A stretch of 64,000 nucleotides of DNA from an uncultured Candidatus Binatia bacterium (GCA_965242525.1 OZ251459.1:864001-928000), one strand, 5' to 3'. Shown: positions 29,370-38,825, numbered from the stretch's first letter. Notes: generated by a model from the letters alone, not told the origin. Numbers and translations are program-made.

Positions 29370-29408
29370 GGTTGCTTCCCCGGCAGGCCGGGGAGAAGGA
29401 ACGCGCCG

Positions 29409-31526
29409 ATGATCCATGAACGGTCCGGGGTTGTCAAGGGCGGGGATCGTCCGACGCATGGCGCCGCCGGAGAACGCCTCCCCCTGTGGTTGCTGCTGCT
29501 CGCGCTGTCCACGTTGTTCCTGTGCAGCATGGACGAGGGATACTTGTACCACCGTCCCGGCAGCCCGAACTGGAACATGGTGAACAACCTGGCGATTGCC
29601 GAGAACCTGTCCTCCGACCACCGTTTCCGGTTGTTCTACCGGCTGCGCCCGGGACCGGGCGGGGCCCCCGCCTACGAGATGTACAGCCGCTTCCCCGTGG
29701 GCGGTTACGCACTCATCAAACTCGCCATCCTTCCTTTCGGAAACGACCTGTGGGCCAAGGTCCTGGCCGCCCGCATGCTCATGTTGCTGTTGTTCAGCGC
29801 TGCTGCGGTCCTGGCCTTCCACTCCCTCGCACGGATCACCTCCCACCGCTGGGCGGCGCTGGCCGCCACCCTCGCGGCCTTCTCCTCCTACTACATGCTG
29901 TTGTACGGCAACGCGGTTTCGGTGGAGTACGGCGTGGACCTGTTCGCGGTCCTGCTGGCCTTCCACGGCATGGTGGTGTTCGTGCAGGAGGGACGGTTCC
30001 CCCAGTTGCTGGCCAAGACCGGCGTTGCGCTGCTGCTGGGGTGGCGCGTGTATGCGTTCCTGCTGCCGTTCCTCCTCCTGGGCCTGGCGGGCGAGGCGGT
30101 CCGGGCGTGGAAGGACGGAACCGCGATGTGGCCGCGTTTGCGCTCGGTGGGGGCGGCGGTGCTGCGCAGCCGCTACGCGGCCCTTGGCTTGGCCGCACTG
30201 CTGTTCGGCATGGCCGTCCTGAGCTTCAACTTCGCCAACGAGTACACCGCGTTCCGAGGCGAGACCCCGGTGAGCGAACTGCCTTCGTTCCGGTCCATGC
30301 TCAGGCGCACCGGACTGGACCCGGAGGTGGAGGCCTCCTTCGACCCCGGGTGGTGGCTGCGCTTCCTGCGAGAGCAGTTCTATCGTGTCCGGGTGGCGTC
30401 GGTCCCCCTGGTGGTGAGCGACTGGGGGGCGGGTTTGCGGGGGTTGTTTCCGTCGGTCCCCTTTTCGGAGACCGGCCTTTCGTGGCCGGAGTTGTCGGTT
30501 TACGTCGTGTCGTTGCTGCTGGCGGCGGTGGCCTCTTTGGTGGTGGTTCGGCTTGCGGGGCCGCTGTTGGTCCGGCGCCACCGCCTGCTGCTGGCCACCC
30601 TTGCCCTGTCGGGGTTCTGCTGGGCGCTGCCCATGCGCCATAACGTGGCGCACCTCGGCCACGCACACGAGGCCCTGTACTACGTGGGCGTGCCGCTGGT
30701 GTTGTATTCGCTGCTGCTGCTGTACGTGCGCCGGCGCTGGGGGCGTGGGCCGGTGGTCGGCCTTGCGGTTGCGGCGCTGCTCGCCTTCGTGGCCTCTGCC
30801 TTCCAGATGGATCAACGACGGCGGCTTGATCCCCGTGGGGTGGATCTCCAGCGGACGGCCATGGCCGAACTCGGGGCCATCCGCGAGACCACCCGGGGAA
30901 AGGTGGTCCTGCTCCTCGGGTCCGTCGAGCCGGAATGGTTCAGGCAGATCACGCACCCGCAGCACGGATGGAGCTACTATCTTGCCGGAAGCGTCCTGAC
31001 GCGATCGCTTGACCTGGAAGCCGCCGCCCGCGCCGCGGACTTCATCGTCGGCCACGACCGCCTGGAGACCGACGCCCTGCTCACACCCGGGAACCAGCAG
31101 GTGTTCCTGTATGATTCGGCGGGCGCTGGCGATCTGGTGGATCTCTACCGGGCTACGCACCAACGGGCGGTGTCCGGGGAACCTGCGGCGCGCTCCTGGT
31201 TCGACGTCCATCTCGGTGACGACGCGCTGGTCCACGTCAGGGATCCCTGCGTCTGGGAGGACGTGGAACACGGGTTCTTCGTGGAGGTGGTCCCGAAAGA
31301 CCTGAAGGACCTGCCCAGATGGCGCCTGCGGTACGGCTCCGGCAATCCTGCCCTCCGGTTCGGCAGGCTCCCCGTGCTGTTCGAAGGGAAGTGCATCTCC
31401 GTCCTTTCACTCCCGGATTATCCCGTCTCGGGCATCAGGACGGGACGGACCCTGCGCCGATACCGCGAGAAGTCGTATTACCACTGGGAAGTAGAGATAC
31501 CGGTGAGCCGGACCGGCTACCGTTGA
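29409..31526 (+). CDS. polytopic membrane protein, probable GT-C-fold glycosyltransferase with C-terminal soluble domain
   Basis: About 10-12 hydrophobic segments, YSRFP loop, adjacent GT2 gene. Confidence 0.6.
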   Translation: MIHERSGVVKGGDRPTHGAAGERLPLWLLLLALSTLFLCSMDEGYLYHRPGSPNWNMVNNLAIAENLSSDHRFRLFYRLRPGPGGAPAYEMYSRFPVGGYALIKLAILPFGNDLWAKVLAARMLMLLLFSAAAVLAFHSLARITSHRWAALAATLAAFSSYYMLLYGNAVSVEYGVDLFAVLLAFHGMVVFVQEGRFPQLLAKTGVALLLGWRVYAFLLPFLLLGLAGEAVRAWKDGTAMWPRLRSVGAAVLRSRYAALGLAALLFGMAVLSFNFANEYTAFRGETPVSELPSFRSMLRRTGLDPEVEASFDPGWWLRFLREQFYRVRVASVPLVVSDWGAGLRGLFPSVPFSETGLSWPELSVYVVSLLLAAVASLVVVRLAGPLLVRRHRLLLATLALSGFCWALPMRHNVAHLGHAHEALYYVGVPLVLYSLLLLYVRRRWGRGPVVGLAVAALLAFVASAFQMDQRRRLDPRGVDLQRTAMAELGAIRETTRGKVVLLLGSVEPEWFRQITHPQHGWSYYLAGSVLTRSLDLEAAARAADFIVGHDRLETDALLTPGNQQVFLYDSAGAGDLVDLYRATHQRAVSGEPAARSWFDVHLGDDALVHVRDPCVWEDVEHGFFVEVVPKDLKDLPRWRLRYGSGNPALRFGRLPVLFEGKCISVLSLPDYPVSGIRTGRTLRRYREKSYYHWEVEIPVSRTGYR

Positions 31527-31569
31527 CAGTGGGCGCCCCTGACGGTAGGAACGCAGCGGCGTACTTCAC

Positions 31570-32592
31570 ATGGACACCCACTCTTCGACATCACCGCCTC
31601 GGACATGCGACCGAACCTGCGCCCTCGTGTCCGTGGTCGTTCCGTGCTTCAACGAGGAAGCGGTCGTTTCCGAGGCCCATCGCCATCTGACGTCCGTCCT
31701 TGCGCAGGTTCCCGATAGCGATTTCGAGATCATCTACGTGGACGATGGCAGCGAGGACGACACATTGCGCCTTTTGCGAGGGCTCCAGCGCGACGACCAC
31801 CGGGTACGGGTGCTGGCCCTGTCGCGCAATTTCGGCCAACACGCGGCCTTCACGGCCGGTTTGCAGCACGCCCGCGGCAACGCCATCGTATCCATCGACG
31901 CCGACCTCCAGGACCCCCCCGAAGTCATCCTGGAAATGGTCGAACGCTGGCGCAAGGGGGTGGACGTCGCTTACGGCGCGCGCCTCGGACGCAAGGGCGA
32001 TACCGCCTTCAAACGCTGGTCGTCCCGCGTCTTCCATTACCTCATGGCGCGCATCTCCGACATCGCCATTCCCGTCAACGCCTGCGACTTCCGGCTCATG
32101 GACCGCAGGGTAGTGGACGTCTTGCTTGCCATGCCGGAGCACGACCGCTTCATGCGGGGTATGGTGGCCTGGGTCGGCTTCCGCCAGGAGCCGGTTCCCT
32201 TCCGGAACCAGGCTCGTCTCGCGGGCAAGACCGGGTGGCCATTGAGGAAGATGCTGAGCCTGGCCGTGGACGGCATCGTGTCGTTTTCCTTCATGCCCCT
32301 GCGCCTGGCGACCTGGGTCGGCTTCGTCATCTCCGGGCTGGCCCTGTCGGGTATCGTCTATGCCGTATTCGTCCGGCTCAGCACCAACGCCTGGGTCAGC
32401 GGCGTGGCCTCGGTCTTCATCGCCGTCCTGTTCCTCGGCGGCGTGCAGCTCATGCTCATGGGCGTGCTCGGGGAGTACCTGGGGCGCATCTATGGCGAAG
32501 TGAAGCGCCGCCCGCTCTATCTGGTGAAGGAAAAGCTGGGGTTCCCGGCCGCGGGCGAGCCGGGATCCAGGGAGGTGCGCGATGGCGCTTGA
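31570..32592 (+). CDS. GT2 polyprenol-phosphate glycosyltransferase (GtrB/YkcC-like)
   Basis: VPCFNEE, VDDGS, SRNFG and DADLQDPP motifs; two C-terminal TM helices. Confidence 0.92.
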   Translation: MDTHSSTSPPRTCDRTCALVSVVVPCFNEEAVVSEAHRHLTSVLAQVPDSDFEIIYVDDGSEDDTLRLLRGLQRDDHRVRVLALSRNFGQHAAFTAGLQHARGNAIVSIDADLQDPPEVILEMVERWRKGVDVAYGARLGRKGDTAFKRWSSRVFHYLMARISDIAIPVNACDFRLMDRRVVDVLLAMPEHDRFMRGMVAWVGFRQEPVPFRNQARLAGKTGWPLRKMLSLAVDGIVSFSFMPLRLATWVGFVISGLALSGIVYAVFVRLSTNAWVSGVASVFIAVLFLGGVQLMLMGVLGEYLGRIYGEVKRRPLYLVKEKLGFPAAGEPGSREVRDGA

Positions 32593-33148
32593 CCTGGCCG
32601 CAGGAAGCGGCGCGTTCGACCGTTACATCGAGGAGATACGGTCGCTTTGGAGTGGCGGCCGCGATGCGGCGTTGCCCTTCCGGGTGAAGTCGGCCATGGA
32701 GAGGATGCTCGCGTCCACGAGTCCCGGCGACCCCTGGATGGCGCGCCTCATCCGCGACGCGAGCCCGTCCAGGGAGCTCTACCGGGATCCGGACTACGGC
32801 TTCATCCAGATGGGGCACGTGCATCCCCGGGGGCACGGCAACCCGCCCCATGACCACGGGCCCTGCTGGGTGGTGTACGGCGCCTACCGGGGACTGACCG
32901 AGATCACCCTCTACGAGCGGACCGACGACGGCGGGAGCGCCGACCGGGCGGGGTTGCGCGCCGCCGAGGTCCATCGACTCGGACCCGGCGTCGTGTATCC
33001 CTACCTGGCGGGCCAGATCCATTCCACCCATGCCACGGAGACGCCCGCGGTGGTGTTCCGGTTCCTGAGCGCGGACCTCGACCGGATCCGGCGGCGCCGC
33101 TACGACGCGGAGACCGGCGCGGTAACGCTCGTCGAACCCCGGGCGTGA
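32582..33148 (+). CDS. cysteine-dioxygenase-like cupin
   Basis: PPHDHGPCWVVYG..YERTDDG..IHS, giving an HxH...H triad. Confidence 0.72.
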   Translation: MALDLAAGSGAFDRYIEEIRSLWSGGRDAALPFRVKSAMERMLASTSPGDPWMARLIRDASPSRELYRDPDYGFIQMGHVHPRGHGNPPHDHGPCWVVYGAYRGLTEITLYERTDDGGSADRAGLRAAEVHRLGPGVVYPYLAGQIHSTHATETPAVVFRFLSADLDRIRRRRYDAETGAVTLVEPRA

Positions 33149-33203
33149 AGGCGCTCGCATCCGCAAGGCGCGCGCCCGACCCCCGCCAGGCAAGGACCGT
33201 CCG

Positions 33204-34538
33204 GTGGCGGAGATGTACCCCAGCGCTCCGGAGAGCCTGAAGATCGAGACCGCGCCGCGGGAAGCCCTCCGGCGGATGCAGGGAGAGCGCTTGGCGGCGC
33301 TGGTCCGGCGCTGCTGGGATCGCGTCCCGTTCTACCGCGACCGCTGGAAGGCGGCCGGGCTGGAGCCCGGGGACATCCGCACGGCCGACGACGTGCGCAA
33401 GCTTCCGGTGGTCCGCAAGGGCGACTTCGAGGACAGCCTGCGGCGCCATCCTCCCTTTGGCGACTACCAGGGCGACTTCGCCGCGGTGCGAGTCCAGGCC
33501 AGCTCGGGCACGTCGGGCAACCCCAAGCCCTTCTTCTTCACGCGGAACGACTGGGAGGTCATCGCCCGGCTGTGGGGCCGGCGCTTCCACGCGCAGGGGG
33601 TCGGGGAAGGGGACATCCTCCAGGTGCTGTTCGCCTACACCCTCTTCATCGTCGGGTTCACCGCCTCCGAGGGGGCCATGCGGCTCGGGGCGCTGGTGGT
33701 GCCCACGGGCAGCGGCAGCGTCACCCCCAGCGAGAGGCAGGTGAAGATCGCCCGGGACTGGGGCGCCACCGTGCTCGCCGGGACCCCCTCCTACGTGCTC
33801 CACTTGGCGGACGTGGCCGAGGGGCAGGGGTTCGACCCGAGGAAGGACTTCCGCCTGCGGCGCACCATCCACACCTCCGAGACCATGACCGAGGCCGCCC
33901 GGCGCGCCATCGAGAGCCGCTGGGGCGTGACCGCGTACGACAACTTCGGCAGCGTGGAGACCGGCGCCCCCTCGTTCGAGTGCGAGGAGCGGAACGGATA
34001 CCACGTGAACGAGGACGCCTACATCTTCGAGGTGCTGGACCCGGCCACCCATGAGCCCGCGCCGCGGGGGAGCGATGGCGTGCTGGTGGTGACCTGCCTC
34101 TTCAAGGAGGCGGCGCCGGTGGTCCGGTACAACATCGAGGACGTGTGCGCGTTCCTGGACGACCCCTGCCCGTGCGGGCGGACGTTCCGGCGCATCTCCG
34201 GGCTCAGGGGCCGCCTGAGCGACATGGTGAAGGTCAGCGGCATCCCGTTCTACCCGACCTCGGTGGAGACCGCGCTGGAGCGCCTGCCGCAACTCACCCG
34301 GGAGTACAGGGTCACGGTGGACCGGGCGGGACGGCAGGACCGGTTGACGGTGGAGGTGGAGATGCGGCCCGGCTGCGGCCCGGCCGCGGAGGTCCGGCAA
34401 CGGTTGGAAAGGGAACTGAAAGTTGCTACCAATCTGACCATGGACGCGGTGCTCCTGGCGCCGGGCGAGTTGGCCGGGTCCCTGGGCGTCGAGAACCGCA
34501 TCAAGGTGAAACGCATCCGGGACAGGCGGGAGTCCTGA
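33204..34538 (+). CDS. phenylacetate--CoA ligase (PaaK)-family AMP-dependent ligase
   Basis: SSGTSGNPK, GTPSY, FGSVETG, RYNIED, CPCGR and GRLSDMVKVSG motifs. Confidence 0.9.
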   Translation: MAEMYPSAPESLKIETAPREALRRMQGERLAALVRRCWDRVPFYRDRWKAAGLEPGDIRTADDVRKLPVVRKGDFEDSLRRHPPFGDYQGDFAAVRVQASSGTSGNPKPFFFTRNDWEVIARLWGRRFHAQGVGEGDILQVLFAYTLFIVGFTASEGAMRLGALVVPTGSGSVTPSERQVKIARDWGATVLAGTPSYVLHLADVAEGQGFDPRKDFRLRRTIHTSETMTEAARRAIESRWGVTAYDNFGSVETGAPSFECEERNGYHVNEDAYIFEVLDPATHEPAPRGSDGVLVVTCLFKEAAPVVRYNIEDVCAFLDDPCPCGRTFRRISGLRGRLSDMVKVSGIPFYPTSVETALERLPQLTREYRVTVDRAGRQDRLTVEVEMRPGCGPAAEVRQRLERELKVATNLTMDAVLLAPGELAGSLGVENRIKVKRIRDRRES

Positions 34539-34623
34539 GCGCCCGGCGGGGCTCGTGGCCGGAAACCGGCGCCGCCGCGTGCTCCAGGCCCGTCGGCGCT
34601 CCCCGAACCGCTCTTTCGACACC

Positions 34624-36057
34624 ATGACTTTCGACGACAACCGCAGCTTCATGGACGCGCTCCGACGGTCCGGCGACTTGGTGGAGGTGGAACGGGAGGT
34701 GAGCTGGGACCTGGAGCTCGGCGCCGTCAGCCGGTTGGCCTGCGAGAAGGACGGCCCCGCGGTGTGGTTCAAGCGCGTCTCGGACTACGTGGGCGAGGTC
34801 TCGGTGTTCGTCAACCCGGTGGCCACTTGGCGGCGCATCGCCATCGCCCTGGGGCTCGCCCCCACCGCCTCGGTGCGGGAGATCTACGAAGCCTACGAGA
34901 AGGGGGAGACCACCCCGGTGGAGCCGGTGGAGGTCCAACGGGCGCCGTGCAAGGAGGTGGTGCGCAAGGGCTCCGAGGCCAACCTGTTCGACCTGCCCAC
35001 GCCCATGCTCCACGAGGGCGACGGCGGCCGTTACCTGGGCACCTGGGACCTGGTGGTCTCCCGGGACGCGGACAGCGGGTGGGTCAACTGGGGCATGTAC
35101 CGGTTCATGGTCTATGACGCCCGCCACCTGACCGGCTTCCCGAGGCCCACGAGCCACCTGGGCAAGGTCTTCCAGGAGCACTACGTGGCCAAGGGAAAGC
35201 CCATGCCCCTGGCCATCGCCATCGGCGCGGACCCCCTGTCCCATTTCGCGGCCGCGGCCACCTACTTCCTGGGGGGCGACGAGGCGAGCCTCGCCGGCGG
35301 CCTGCGCGGCAGGCCGGTGGAGCTGGTCCGCTGCGAGACCAGCGACCTGCTCGTGCCGGCCCACTCCGAGATCGTCATCGAAGGAGAGTTGCTGCCCGAC
35401 CGGGTAGGGCTGGAAGGCCCCTACGGCGAGTACCCGGGGTACCGGACCGGGGAGATGGGGAACGGCGTGCTGTTCCGCGCCGCGGCCATCACCCACCGGC
35501 GGGACCCCGTGCTCACCGTGGACGCCACCGGCTACAAGGACGACAGCTCCACGGTCACGGCGCTTTCCGGCGCCTTGGCCATCAAGCGGCGGCTGGAGCG
35601 CCACGGAGTGCCGGTGCGGGACGTGTACGTCCCGCCCGAGGGCGCCGTGCACCTGGCGGTCATCGGGGTGGACTACGGCGGCAAGGAGGTGGCGGACAAG
35701 GTGCTCTCGGTGCTCACCTCGCGCCGGGCGCTGCTCTCGAAGCTCTTCCTGGTGGACACGGACACGGACGTGTTCGACATGGGCAAGGTCCTGCACGCCT
35801 TCTCCACCAAGTGCCACCCGGCCAACGGCATCCACGTGGTCCGTTACGAAGGGCGCGCCAATACCTTGACGCCCTGCTACAGCCAGGCGGAGCGGGCGGC
35901 GCAGAAGGGGGCCACGGTGCTGTACGACTGCACCTGGCCAGGCGAATGGTCGCGGGAGTGGGAGGTGCCGGTGAAGGCGACCCTGGATTCCATCTTCTCG
36001 AAGGAAGTGCGGGAGAAGGTGCTCGGGAACTGGAGCGACTATGGCTTCGAGCGGTGA
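34624..36057 (+). CDS. UbiD-family prFMN (de)carboxylase resembling the PpcA/AbcA clade
   Basis: HEGDGGRY, NWGMYR and EGPYGEY motifs. C-terminal STKCHP..GIH..YDCTWP..W..KVLGNWSDYGF resembles, from memory, the phenylphosphate carboxylase alpha subunit. Confidence 0.85.
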   Translation: MTFDDNRSFMDALRRSGDLVEVEREVSWDLELGAVSRLACEKDGPAVWFKRVSDYVGEVSVFVNPVATWRRIAIALGLAPTASVREIYEAYEKGETTPVEPVEVQRAPCKEVVRKGSEANLFDLPTPMLHEGDGGRYLGTWDLVVSRDADSGWVNWGMYRFMVYDARHLTGFPRPTSHLGKVFQEHYVAKGKPMPLAIAIGADPLSHFAAAATYFLGGDEASLAGGLRGRPVELVRCETSDLLVPAHSEIVIEGELLPDRVGLEGPYGEYPGYRTGEMGNGVLFRAAAITHRRDPVLTVDATGYKDDSSTVTALSGALAIKRRLERHGVPVRDVYVPPEGAVHLAVIGVDYGGKEVADKVLSVLTSRRALLSKLFLVDTDTDVFDMGKVLHAFSTKCHPANGIHVVRYEGRANTLTPCYSQAERAAQKGATVLYDCTWPGEWSREWEVPVKATLDSIFSKEVREKVLGNWSDYGFER

Positions 36058-36352
36058 GCCCCGGGCATGGGACACTTTCGTGCGCCGGCCCGGGGACCTC
36101 AGGACCGGGGTCGAGGCGCCGCTGGTGCTGAGGGACCTGGGGCCGGGCCGCGGCAAGTACGGACTGAGGCACGTGGTGGGCGTGGTCCACCCGGGCCGCG
36201 GCCCGGGCGACCGCCTCTCGGTCCGCACCGTGGTGGGGGTGGCCCTGCCCGAGGCCTATACGGTGGAGATCGTCCGGGAACTGCCCCAGGAGATCGCCGG
36301 CGCGCCCTACCGGGACTTCTACGGCGCGCTGCAGCGGGCCGCGGGACCGTAG
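36041..36352 (+). CDS. phenylphosphate carboxylase gamma-subunit-like (PpcD/AbcD-like) small protein
   Basis: WDTFV..P.DL..G.E..L.LR.L.PG..KY...V..DRLSVR...G pattern resembles, from memory, the ~10 kDa Ppc gamma subunit. GGAG RBS; overlaps the UbiD stop. Confidence 0.65.
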   Translation: MASSGEPRAWDTFVRRPGDLRTGVEAPLVLRDLGPGRGKYGLRHVVGVVHPGRGPGDRLSVRTVVGVALPEAYTVEIVRELPQEIAGAPYRDFYGALQRAAGP

Positions 36353-36368
36353 GCGGCCGGGAGGTTCC

Positions 36369-37070
36369 ATGGGCTTCGGCGAGGAGTTGATCGCGGTTCG
36401 GGACGCCAGGCACAGCCGGGACCACCCGTTCTTCGAGAAGTGGGCGCGGGGGGAGCTCACCCGGGAGCAGACGGCCATCTACTGCACCCAGCACTACCAC
36501 TACGTGAGCGACTACCTGGACTGGATGGCCTACGAGGCTTCCCAGGTGCCCCACCGGGACGCCAAGGCGTTCCTGTACGAGAACCTGGGCGACGAGGAGA
36601 ACCCCGACGACCGGCACCTGGACATGCTGAAGGACTACGTGGACGCCAGCGGCCTGCCCCGGGAGTGCGTGGACGACTACCCGGTGCTGCCGAGCACCGA
36701 GGGGCTCCAGAACTGGGGCTGGCGGGTGGTCTACCAGCGGCGTTGGCAGGCCGCGTTGGCGGCCATGTTCGTGGGGCTGGAGTCCCAGTTCCTGGGCATC
36801 TGCCAGAAGGTGGCGCCGGCCCTCCGGGAGCACTACGGCTACCCGGCCGGGGCCAGGGAGATCCGCTTCTTCGAGGAGCACATCGAGGCGGACGCGGTGC
36901 ACGGGTCCAGGGGACTCGCGCTGGTGGAGAAGTACTGCGACACCCCGGAGCTCCGGCAACAGGCCGTGGACTCGGTGCGCGAGGCCACGGTCCGGCGCTG
37001 GCGCTACATGAACGGCATCTACTGGTTCGCCCTCCACGGCCGGGACGACGACACCCCCGCGGACGCCTGA
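36369..37070 (+). CDS. CADD/PqqC/TenA-like heme-oxygenase-like diiron protein
   Basis: HPFF..W..GELT, ENLGDEE..H, LESQ and FFEEHIEADAVH ligand pattern. Confidence 0.85.
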   Translation: MGFGEELIAVRDARHSRDHPFFEKWARGELTREQTAIYCTQHYHYVSDYLDWMAYEASQVPHRDAKAFLYENLGDEENPDDRHLDMLKDYVDASGLPRECVDDYPVLPSTEGLQNWGWRVVYQRRWQAALAAMFVGLESQFLGICQKVAPALREHYGYPAGAREIRFFEEHIEADAVHGSRGLALVEKYCDTPELRQQAVDSVREATVRRWRYMNGIYWFALHGRDDDTPADA

Positions 37071-37100
37071 TCCCGCCTGGCGCCGCCCACGAGGTCCACA

Positions 37101-38180
37101 ATGGCCGACGATGACGTCCTGGTCCTGACCAACGAAGACATGGAGGGTCTCCTCCACATGGGGGAGATCGTCGAGGCGGTGGAGACGGCGTACCGGGAGC
37201 TGGGACGCAAGATCGCCGAGGGGATTCCCCGGCGGCGGCTGCACCTGCCGCTGGAGGGCCGGGAGCGCGCCTGGTACTGGCTGAACGTCATCCCGGGGGC
37301 GGTGCCGGCCTTCGACACCGCCGCGGTCCGGGTGGATTCCTCGCAGATCCGCTTCCGCAACCGGGACGGCGGGAGCCGCATGGAGTTCCCCGGGGACTTC
37401 GCCGGCTTCGTGCTGCTGTTCAGCATCCGGGACCGCGTCCTCAAGGGCATCGTCCACGACCATTACCTGTCGGCGTTGCGGGTGGGGGCCACCAGCGGGG
37501 CGGCGGCCAAGTACCTGGCCCGTGAGGACGCCTCGGTGCTGGGCGTCTTCGGCAGCGGAACCCAGGCCCACGGGCAGGTGGCCGCCCTGTGCGCGGTCCG
37601 CAAGATCCGGGAGGTCAAGGTCTTTTCCCTGCGCCCGGAGAACCGCCAGCGCTTCGCCGGGGAAGCGGCCCGGCGCTACGGCGTGAAGGCCAGGGCGGTG
37701 CGGCATCCGCGGGAGGTGGTGGAGGGATCGGACATCGTGGTCACCGCCACCAACTCCGGCGACCCGGTGTTCGACGGCGACTGGCTGGAGCCCGGCACCC
37801 ACCTCATCTCCATGATCGGCCCCGACCGATTCGACAAGCGCAGGGAGCTGGACGACACGGCCATCGAAAACTGCGACCTCATCGTGGTGAACTCGAAGGA
37901 GCAGGTGGAGATCGACGAGCAACCGGAACTCATCTCGCCGCTGCGCAAGGGCATCATCGGTTGGGAACACCTCCACGAGCTCGGCGACCTGGTCAACGGC
38001 GTCATTGCCGGACGCACCACCGGCTCGGAGATCACCCATCACAACAACAACTGCGGCATGGGGGTCCAGTTCGCCGCCATCGGCCACTTGGTGCTGGAGG
38101 AGGCCCGGAAGCGGAAGCTCGGGACCCGGCTGCCCGCGGACCTGTTCATGACCCGGCGCACCGACGTGTCGTCCCCCTGA
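37101..38180 (+). CDS. ornithine cyclodeaminase/mu-crystallin family protein
   Basis: LRVGATSG, FGSGTQA, SDIVVTATNS and GMGVQFAA motifs. Confidence 0.88.
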   Translation: MADDDVLVLTNEDMEGLLHMGEIVEAVETAYRELGRKIAEGIPRRRLHLPLEGRERAWYWLNVIPGAVPAFDTAAVRVDSSQIRFRNRDGGSRMEFPGDFAGFVLLFSIRDRVLKGIVHDHYLSALRVGATSGAAAKYLAREDASVLGVFGSGTQAHGQVAALCAVRKIREVKVFSLRPENRQRFAGEAARRYGVKARAVRHPREVVEGSDIVVTATNSGDPVFDGDWLEPGTHLISMIGPDRFDKRRELDDTAIENCDLIVVNSKEQVEIDEQPELISPLRKGIIGWEHLHELGDLVNGVIAGRTTGSEITHHNNNCGMGVQFAAIGHLVLEEARKRKLGTRLPADLFMTRRTDVSSP

Positions 38181-38198
38181 AAGGAGTCAGGAGTTCCC

Positions 38199-38825
38199 AT
38201 GGCCATCACCCTGAGCGTGGACCCGCAACACCTGAAGGGGAGGCACGTGGACCGGGCGGTGGAGGTGCTGCAGCGGGCGGGCGTCATCGTCTATCCCACG
38301 GACACCATCTACGGCCTGGGCTGCGACGCGACCAGCAAGGCCGCGGTGGAGCGCATCCGCCGCATCAAGGGCCGCGACGCGGACAAGCCCATGTCGTTCG
38401 TGTGCTCGGACCTGGTCCAGGTCAGCCGCTACGGCCACGTGTCGAACTTCGTGCACCGCATCCTGAAACGCTTCCTGCCGGGACCCTACACCTTCGTGCT
38501 GACGGCCACCCGGGAAACCCCCCGGGTGCTCCAGTCGAAGCAGAAGACCGTGGGCGTGCGGATACCGGACCACCCGGTGCCCCTCGCCCTGGTGGAGCGG
38601 CTCGGCAACCCGGTGGTGAGCACCAGCGCCAACGAGAGCAACGAGGAGGTGGTCACCAACCCCGCGGACCTGGAACGCATCTTCGGGCATCGGGTGGACC
38701 TGATCATGGAATGCGGGACCCTTCCGGTGCAGGCCTCCAGCGTGGTCTCGCTGGTGGACGACACCGTCGAGATCCTGCGCGAAGGGCAGGGGGACCTGAG
38801 CTACTTCAAGAGCCGGACGGCGTGA
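38199..38825 (+). CDS. L-threonylcarbamoyladenylate synthase family protein (YrdC/Sua5/YciO)
   Basis: YPTDTIYGLGC, KGR...KP, LPGPYT and STSAN motifs. Confidence 0.9.
   Translation: MAITLSVDPQHLKGRHVDRAVEVLQRAGVIVYPTDTIYGLGCDATSKAAVERIRRIKGRDADKPMSFVCSDLVQVSRYGHVSNFVHRILKRFLPGPYTFVLTATRETPRVLQSKQKTVGVRIPDHPVPLALVERLGNPVVSTSANESNEEVVTNPADLERIFGHRVDLIMECGTLPVQASSVVSLVDDTVEILREGQGDLSYFKSRTA

Noticed and set aside
34624-36352. Complete phenylphosphate carboxylase / anaerobic phenol pathway
   Set aside because: No beta or delta subunit and no phenylphosphate synthase genes in the window; the substrate cannot be assigned
36369-37070. PQQ biosynthesis gene pqqC
   Set aside because: No pqqABDE neighbours, and the ligand pattern is CADD-like diiron rather than PqqC
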